Positions 50,232 to 56,770 of a stretch of DNA of 56,770 nt are shown piece after piece. Made by a program: the position numbers and the translations under genes. The stretch is taken from NCBI RefSeq assembly GCF_004010195.1, contig NC_057735.1:7499237-7556006 (forward strand), read 5' to 3'. Numbering within the stretch: the first letter of the stretch is position 1; each line of letters begins with the position of its first letter. The DNA comes from Chiloscyllium plagiosum. Lineage: Eukaryota. The notes below the pieces were generated by a model, which was not told where the DNA came from, ran no database searches, and was given only the letters and a program-made list of their open reading frames with translations.

Positions 50232-50543
50232 AATCCGTGTCGATTCCTGTTCTCAAATTCACTTCACCACCAAATGTCTCATGTTCTGGGGGATCAGTGT
50301 CAATCTCCTGTGAATCTGTCTGGGGATCCCCTCCCATTTACTACAAATGGTATGAAAGCACCTCAGAGATATCTGACACCAATAAATTGGATCTACATTG
50401 TCAATCCTTCAAACAGCAAAATCATCAATATTACTGCACAGCCAGAAATCAGCAGGCAATAAAAGACAGTGAAATGGTTAAAGTATCAGTCATCAACAGA
50501 TCAGTGAACAATTGCAATTATGTGGTAGAGATCAGCAGCATTG
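50232..50543 (+). CDS. Gene 2 exon: C2-type Ig domain (later exons not found in window)
   Basis: Acceptor ttttccacag, donor G|GTAAGT. VSISCES.WGSPPI.YKWY...SDTNKLDLHCQ...YYCTARN. Confidence 0.9.
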
Positions 50544-50814
50544 GTAAGTATTATTTTAAACAAACAGTTAAATTTTTTTAACACAAATCTAACCAAACTG
50601 GTCACTGGTTAAGTTCCTTCAGGAACTCTGCGAAGCTGCAACTGGCCAAATTCACTCTATTTGGTCTCTCAACAGTTCTGAACACAGCTACTGATTTGCA
50701 TTTTCCTTGTAAAAATGAACAAAAAAAATCCCTAAAACCTGTACAAAACCTATAAAACATGATGTATTCCCATGAAACTAATATGTAACTTGATTGGCTT
50801 GATAATTATTAAGG

Positions 50815-51050
50815 AGGAGAAAGCGAGGACTGAAGATGTTGGAGATTAGAGTCTATAAGTGTGGTGCTGGAAAAGCACAGCCAGTCAGGTAGCATCTGAG
50901 GAGCAGGAGAATCGACATTTCGAGCATAAGCTCTTCATCAGGAATTATCTCATTCATGATGAAGAGCTTATGCTCAAAACGTTGACTCTACTGCTCCTCG
51001 GATGCTACCTGATCTGCTGTGCTTTTCCAGCACCACACTTTTCAACTCTA
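50815..51050. mobile_element. Fold-back Penelope-derived mini-element (older subfamily)
   Basis: About 90-bp inverted arms with a short spacer; GATMATTATTAA direct repeats on the flanks. Confidence 0.8.
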
Positions 51051-54000
51051 GATCATTATTAACCTCACCTGAGGCATGATGGCTCTTAGGTCTGACCACC
51101 ACCAGCTATCTCTCTCTCTCCAATGAGAGAACTCTTAATCCAGCAGGGCTATGGCGACTTTATCTTTTTACCATTAACCAATATGTCTATATTGCAGATT
51201 GGCTGAAGATCTGATGCTTAATGAATTACAACTAATATCTAGCCCCTTTAGTTCACCCTTCTTTTGTCAATTCTTGTTGGAGAGCAGCGATTTACCAAAT
51301 TTCTTCACAAAAGCGTCCTATAATATATAACTAATCCAACTGGCCTATGTTGTACATCCACAACCCATGACGGTCTAGTGTATCCTTATGACTGCAAGAA
51401 ACCTCCCTTTCCTTTGGCCTGACATTAATCCCAGCTGCTCCAGTATATGTTGTAAAGTCCTATGTATTCCTTAATGGCTTCAGGGATAATCAAAAGATTG
51501 TCTATACATTAGATGCTTCTTAAACTTCATATCATTTCCAATTGAAGTGCTTGAAATAGCAACCCTTATATAATTATTCATCAATTCCAATTTCAGAAAC
51601 AATTATCCACACTTGGCTGTTTTATATCGTTCATTTAGATCAGAGACCCAAGCGGAAAGAGTCAATTTTGCAATTTTGTCACAGAAGACCTGGACATGGC
51701 CTGACTGGTCAAGGCCAGTCTATAGAAGGCAAAGCTTTTAACCCAATTGGAGATTGGCATATTTCCAATACTACACATCTAGCAAATGGAAAGTGTATGC
51801 TGAAATTAGATGATAGATGCCAGCAGAAAGATTAATTATTATATTTGTAGGTCTGAGAAGGAGGGGTGGGGTCCAATTCACTGAGCGATTTACATATTGC
51901 AATTTTACTTTGTATAGAAAACTGTTGAAATCTGCTGATCATTTCAAACTGTCCTTTGAAATTTCGATAGTCCTTTCTTGGATTTTCCAACATGTTCAAT
52001 TGTCTCAAAGCCCTTTCAGTATTTCAGAGCTCACTTTCATAATAGAAGCATATATCTCATAGCTTTTTGTTTTTCATACTTTCCCTTAAACATTTTTAAA
52101 ACACAGTTCATTTAGATATTTTCCAAACTAGTTAATCTCACAATTATTAAGGATTAAAGAATAAAAGTAGACAGACATCAGGATCCATGCTGAGATTTTT
52201 TTCAAAAATAAAAGCACATATTGCAAGTATTATTATATTTTTGTTCACCACAATTAATATCACTTTAACCCCTTTAAGTTTTTTTCATTCATTCACAAGA
52301 TGCAGGTCTCATCAGCGGGGCCAATATTTATTGCCCATCCTCAAGAGTCAATCAAATTGCTGTGGGTCTGGAGTTTCATGTAGGGGGACAGCATCCTTCC
52401 CTAAAGGGCATTAGTGAACCAGATGGGTTTTAGCTGACAATTAGCAATAGGTTCATGGTCATCAATAAAAGCTTAATTTTAGATTTTTTTATTGAACCCA
52501 AATTCTACCATCTGCTGTGGTGGGCTTTGAATCCAGATCACCAGAACATTATCTGATTCTCTGGATTACCAGTCCAGTGATAACACTACTAGACCACCAT
52601 CTCCCAAACTATTAATCTATTAATAGTTTTAACTTTAAATTATGTTAAAGCATTTATATCCTTTCAAAGATAATTCCCTCATGAAAGTAAATATTAATTG
52701 TCCATTCCTAATTGCTCTCAAATACAGTGGCATGCTCAGTCATTTCAGAGAGAAGGTAACAGTCAACCACAATGCTGTGGGTCTGGAGTCCCCTGTAGAC
52801 CAGGCCATTTAAGGATGTCAGTTTTCCTTCCTTAAGGACATTAGTGAACCAGGTGGCTTTTTATAACAATTGATGATAATTTCATGGTCACTGTCACTGA
52901 TGCGAGCTTTATAATCCAGATTTACAAACTGAAATTAAAATTTCATCAGCTGTCATGGTAATAATGCCAACCCATACTACTCGCCTAGATCTTTGGAATA
53001 CTAGCCCAGTGGTATTGCAACTATGTAACCAACTTTCCATGGCGGTAAATGTTGGGTGATCTTGTGTGGTGGATGTAAAGGCAATGAATCATGGGTGGGG
53101 TTGTGGTTGGTACCACAAAGGCATAGGAGTTATAATCAGATATGAGGAGGAGAGTGGTATGGGTTGGCATGAAGGGTGTGAAGGGTGGGTAGAGGGCATT
53201 ATTTTGACATTGGGTAGTTCAGTTGGTTAGTGCGGCCTAGGAAACCATGAAGGATCAAAGGGGTGACTGGAAACATGAGATGCCATCAATTGGCATGAAC
53301 AAGTCATGTGTGGGTGATGCGGCGTGAGAGCTGGAGGACTATTTATTACAAGTGGACCCAAATCCTGGAGCACAGAGATGGGTCCATTACCCAGTCCTTC
53401 ATGACACCCAGCAGCCCTTGTGCCTGGCAAAGCGCCCATTCCAGAGTCAGCAGGCCTGCATCCTGTTAGTACCTGTCCCACAGAAAGAACATCCAAATAT
53501 CCGAGCTTCTTTCTCTAGAGTCATGAGTCCAAATAATCCTGCAATATTACAATTCTGCCTGAAACCAGTGACCAGCACTGAGGATTTCCAATGCTGTAAG
53601 AGAAGCTATTGGCCAGATTAAACACTAAACTGATTGTCCATCCACTGCGCTCCCCAGTCAGGCAGATCTGTCAGATTCCATGGTGCTGTTCAAAGAAGAT
53701 TGTGGTTTTAGAGTAAGTCTTCATCCCTCAATCCACGGCAAAAGAAAACTGACTGGTAATTTATATCATTGAGTTTTGTGAGATATTACTGTGTGCAAAT
53801 TGACTTCTGACAATTCCCGTAAAACAATCACAGTGACACTTCACTTGTGAAGCAGTTTGCTTTTTCCTGGGATTGGAAAAGGCACTGTATAAATGCAAAT
53901 CAGGTTGTCATTTTTGAAATAAATGATTCCCTCAAAACTCTCCTGAGACAACTATCTGAGTGGTGACTGTTCTGTAACATGGATTATAATTACTACTAGG

Positions 54001-55009
54001 ACTTCATTGTGCCCATTGCCAGTGAGTAATGTTTCCTGTTACTATTGTAAGGCCAGAAAACTGACTCAACAAGTGAGAACTGAGCACTTTACTAAGTATT
54101 TTCTAATCAACCTGTCATTATACCCCAAAATGTGACTTGAATCACTACTACTTGGATACTATGACTGCATATAATGGCCCTTGAGAATTGTTACTATTAA
54201 CTGCTGGTTCTTCAATGTGTTCATGTGACTATTATTTTAATAGCAGTATTCATTTAACAGAGAAAAGCCAGACAAATATGTATTAAATGCTTGATCACTA
54301 ACATTGACAGCAATTATTCCTGGTCTACCATTTCCCTGTCTGTTCAATGACAGGACTGTGAATACTTATCTCCACAACTGTATATTTCCTGGTGGTAGCA
54401 AAGCCCAGTTCTTTGACTGAAAGTTTCATTTAATTTATACAGGGCAATGAAATAGATCATAGCCACCAACCTGAACCCTTTGACTGGCACAATAGTAACT
54501 CTCCACTCTCAGAGACAGAAAGTTATTAGAAATGTTTGAGAAAAATGAGTGATTGCCAGGTATTTGCATCTCCTCATGCAACCACACGGGGAAAATTTCA
54601 CAGGAATTAAATCATCCAAATCCATTGTATCAGCCGTGCGTATAGCAGAGATTTCTTGTTTTAAAGGTGAAATCTTAAAGGGGTCTCGACAGGGCAGATG
54701 TGGAGGGATGTGTCTTCATGTGAAATAATCTAGAACTTGGTGTCATTAGAAAAATCAGAGGTGACTCACTTAAACCACAGATAAGGTGAATTTGTTTTCT
54801 CTCTGTGGGACATGAGAGGTTAAAACTCTCTTCCTAGGAAAATAATGGAAGCAGAGTCCTTTAACATTTTTGAGACAGGGTAGATTGATTCTTGCTAAGC
54901 AAAGGAACAAAACGTTACCAAGGGAAAGTGAAAATATAGATTTGAAGTTATAATGAGAGCAACCATGATCTTATTCAATTGGAGAGCAGGCTTAAGGAAC
55001 TGAATATTT

Positions 55010-56770
55010 AGATTAGAGTGGTGCTGGAAAAGCACAGCAGTTCAGGCAGCATCCAAGGAGCAGTAAAATCGATGTTTCGGGCAAAAGCCCTTCATCAGGA
55101 ATATAGGCAGAGTGCCTGAAGGGTGGAAAGATAAATGAGAGGAGGGTGGGGGTGGGGAGAAAGTAGCAAAGAGTACAATAGGTGACTGGGGGAGGGGATG
55201 AAGGTGATAGGTCAGGGAGGAGGATGGAGTGGATAAGTGGAAAAGAAGATAGGCAGGTAAGACAAGTCATGGGGACAGTGCTGAGCTGGAAGTTTGGAGC
55301 TGGGGGAATGGGAAATGAGGAAACTGGTAAAGTCCACATTGATGCCCTGGGGTTGAAGTGTTCCAAGGCGGAAGATGAGGCGATCTTCCTCCAGGTGTCG
55401 GGTGGTGAGGGAGTGGCGGTGAAGGAGGCCCAGGACCTCCATGTCCTGGGCTGAGCGGGAGGGGGAGTTGAAATGTTGGGCCACAGGGCAGTGTGGTTGA
55501 TTGGTGCAGGTGTCCCAGAGATGTTCCCTAAAGTGCTCTGCTAGGAGGCGTCCAGTCTCCTCAATGTAGAGGAGATTGCATCGGGAGCAACGGATACAAT
55601 GAATGATATTGGTGGATGTGCAAGTAAAACTTTGATGGATGTGGAAGGCTCCTTTGGGGCCTTGGATGGAGGTGAGGGAGGAGGTGTGGGCGCAGGTCAT
55701 CTCTCCATCTCCATTAATGACGACACCTTAAATTTACCTGGACCATCTCTGACACCTCCCTCCCCTTCCTGGACCTCTCCATCTCCATTAATGATGACTG
55801 ACTTGACACCAACATTTTTTACAAACTCACCGACTCCCACAGCTACCTGTATTACACCTCTTCCCACCCTACCTCCTGCAAAAATGCCATCTCCTATTCC
55901 CAATTCCTCCGCCTCCGCCGTATCTGCTCCCAGGAGGACCAGTTCCACCACAGAACACACCAGATGGCCTCCTTCTTTAGAGACCGCAATTTCCCATCCC
56001 ACGTGGTTAAAGATGCCCTCCAACGCATCTCGTCCACATCCTGCACCTCCGCCCTCAGACCCCACCCCTCCAACCGTAACAAGGACTGAACCCCCCAGGT
56101 GCTCACCTTCCATCCTACAAACCTTTGCATAAACCAAATCATCCGCCGACATTTCCGCCACCTCCAAACGGACCCCACCACCCGGGATATAATTCCCTCT
56201 CCACCCCTTTCCGCCTTCCGCAAAGACCGTTCCCTTCGTGACTACCTGGTCAAGCCCACGCCCCCAACAACCCACCCTCCTGTCCTGGCACCTTCCCCTG
56301 CCACTGCAGGAATTGCAAAACCTGCACCCACACCTCCTCCCTCACCTCCTCCCTCACCTCCATCCAAAGCCCTAAAGGAGCCTTCCACATCCATCAAAGT
56401 TTTACCTGCACATCCACCAATATCATTTATTGTATCCGTTGCTCCCAAAGTGGTCTCCTCTACATTGGGAAGACTGGACGCCTCCTAGCAGAGTGCTTTA
56501 GGGAACATCTCTGGGATGCCCACGTCAATCAACCACACCGCCCTGTGGCCCAACATTTCAACTCTCCCTCCCACTCTGCCGAGGACATGCAGATCCTGGG
56601 CCTCCTTCACCGCCACTCCCTCACCACCCGACACCTGGAGGAAGAATGCCTCATCTTCCGCCTCAGAACACTTCAACCCCAGGGCATCAATGTGGACTTC
56701 AACAGTTTCCTCATTTCCCCTTTCCCCACCTCACCCTAGTTCCAAACTTCCAGCTCAGCACTGTCCCCAT
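55010..56770. mobile_element. Penelope-like element in inverted arrangement (55010-55697 minus; 55698 to end plus)
   Basis: GIY-YIG NIIHCIRCSRCNLLYIEETGRLLAEHFREH on minus and the same region on plus (about 56400-56700); RT C-terminal region on plus; hammerhead motif CTGATGAAGGGCTTTTGCCCGAAACATC on minus about 55070-55098. Confidence 0.92.

Noticed and set aside
54340-54530. Gene 2 stalk exon at acceptor-like sites near 54352 and 54441
   Set aside because: Phase-1 reading hits a stop within two or three codons and there is no Cys plus Ser/Thr-rich frame.

Overview
Eukaryotic, repeat-dense genomic DNA from a cartilaginous fish (shark, inferred from HE1-type SINEs, CR1 LINEs and shark-type Penelope elements). 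It is not prokaryotic, and most ORFs in the track are retroelement debris. The window holds two tandem + strand paralogous immune-receptor genes about 34.4 kb apart. Both are CD300/pIgR-like (MDIR-like) Ig-superfamily genes. Gene 1 is complete, about 300 aa: leader 436-472, V-Ig 6226-6546, C2-Ig 9959-10273, Ser/Thr stalk 13979-14084, Arg-containing TM 17960-18050, and a short tail with no ITIM. Gene 2 has leader 34870-34906, V 44192-44512 and C2 50232-50543; I found no later exons, so it probably continues past the window. Most striking observations: (1) the V exons are about 97% identical while the C2 domains are only about 50% identical, a mosaic like that of gene-converted paired activating/inhibitory receptors; (2) a Penelope fragment sits about 5 nt inside the V-exon splice donor of gene 1 and opens a read-through ORF; (3) several families of short fold-back Penelope-derived elements with target-site duplications carry minimal hammerhead ribozyme motifs. 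An assembly gap lies at 40400-40692.
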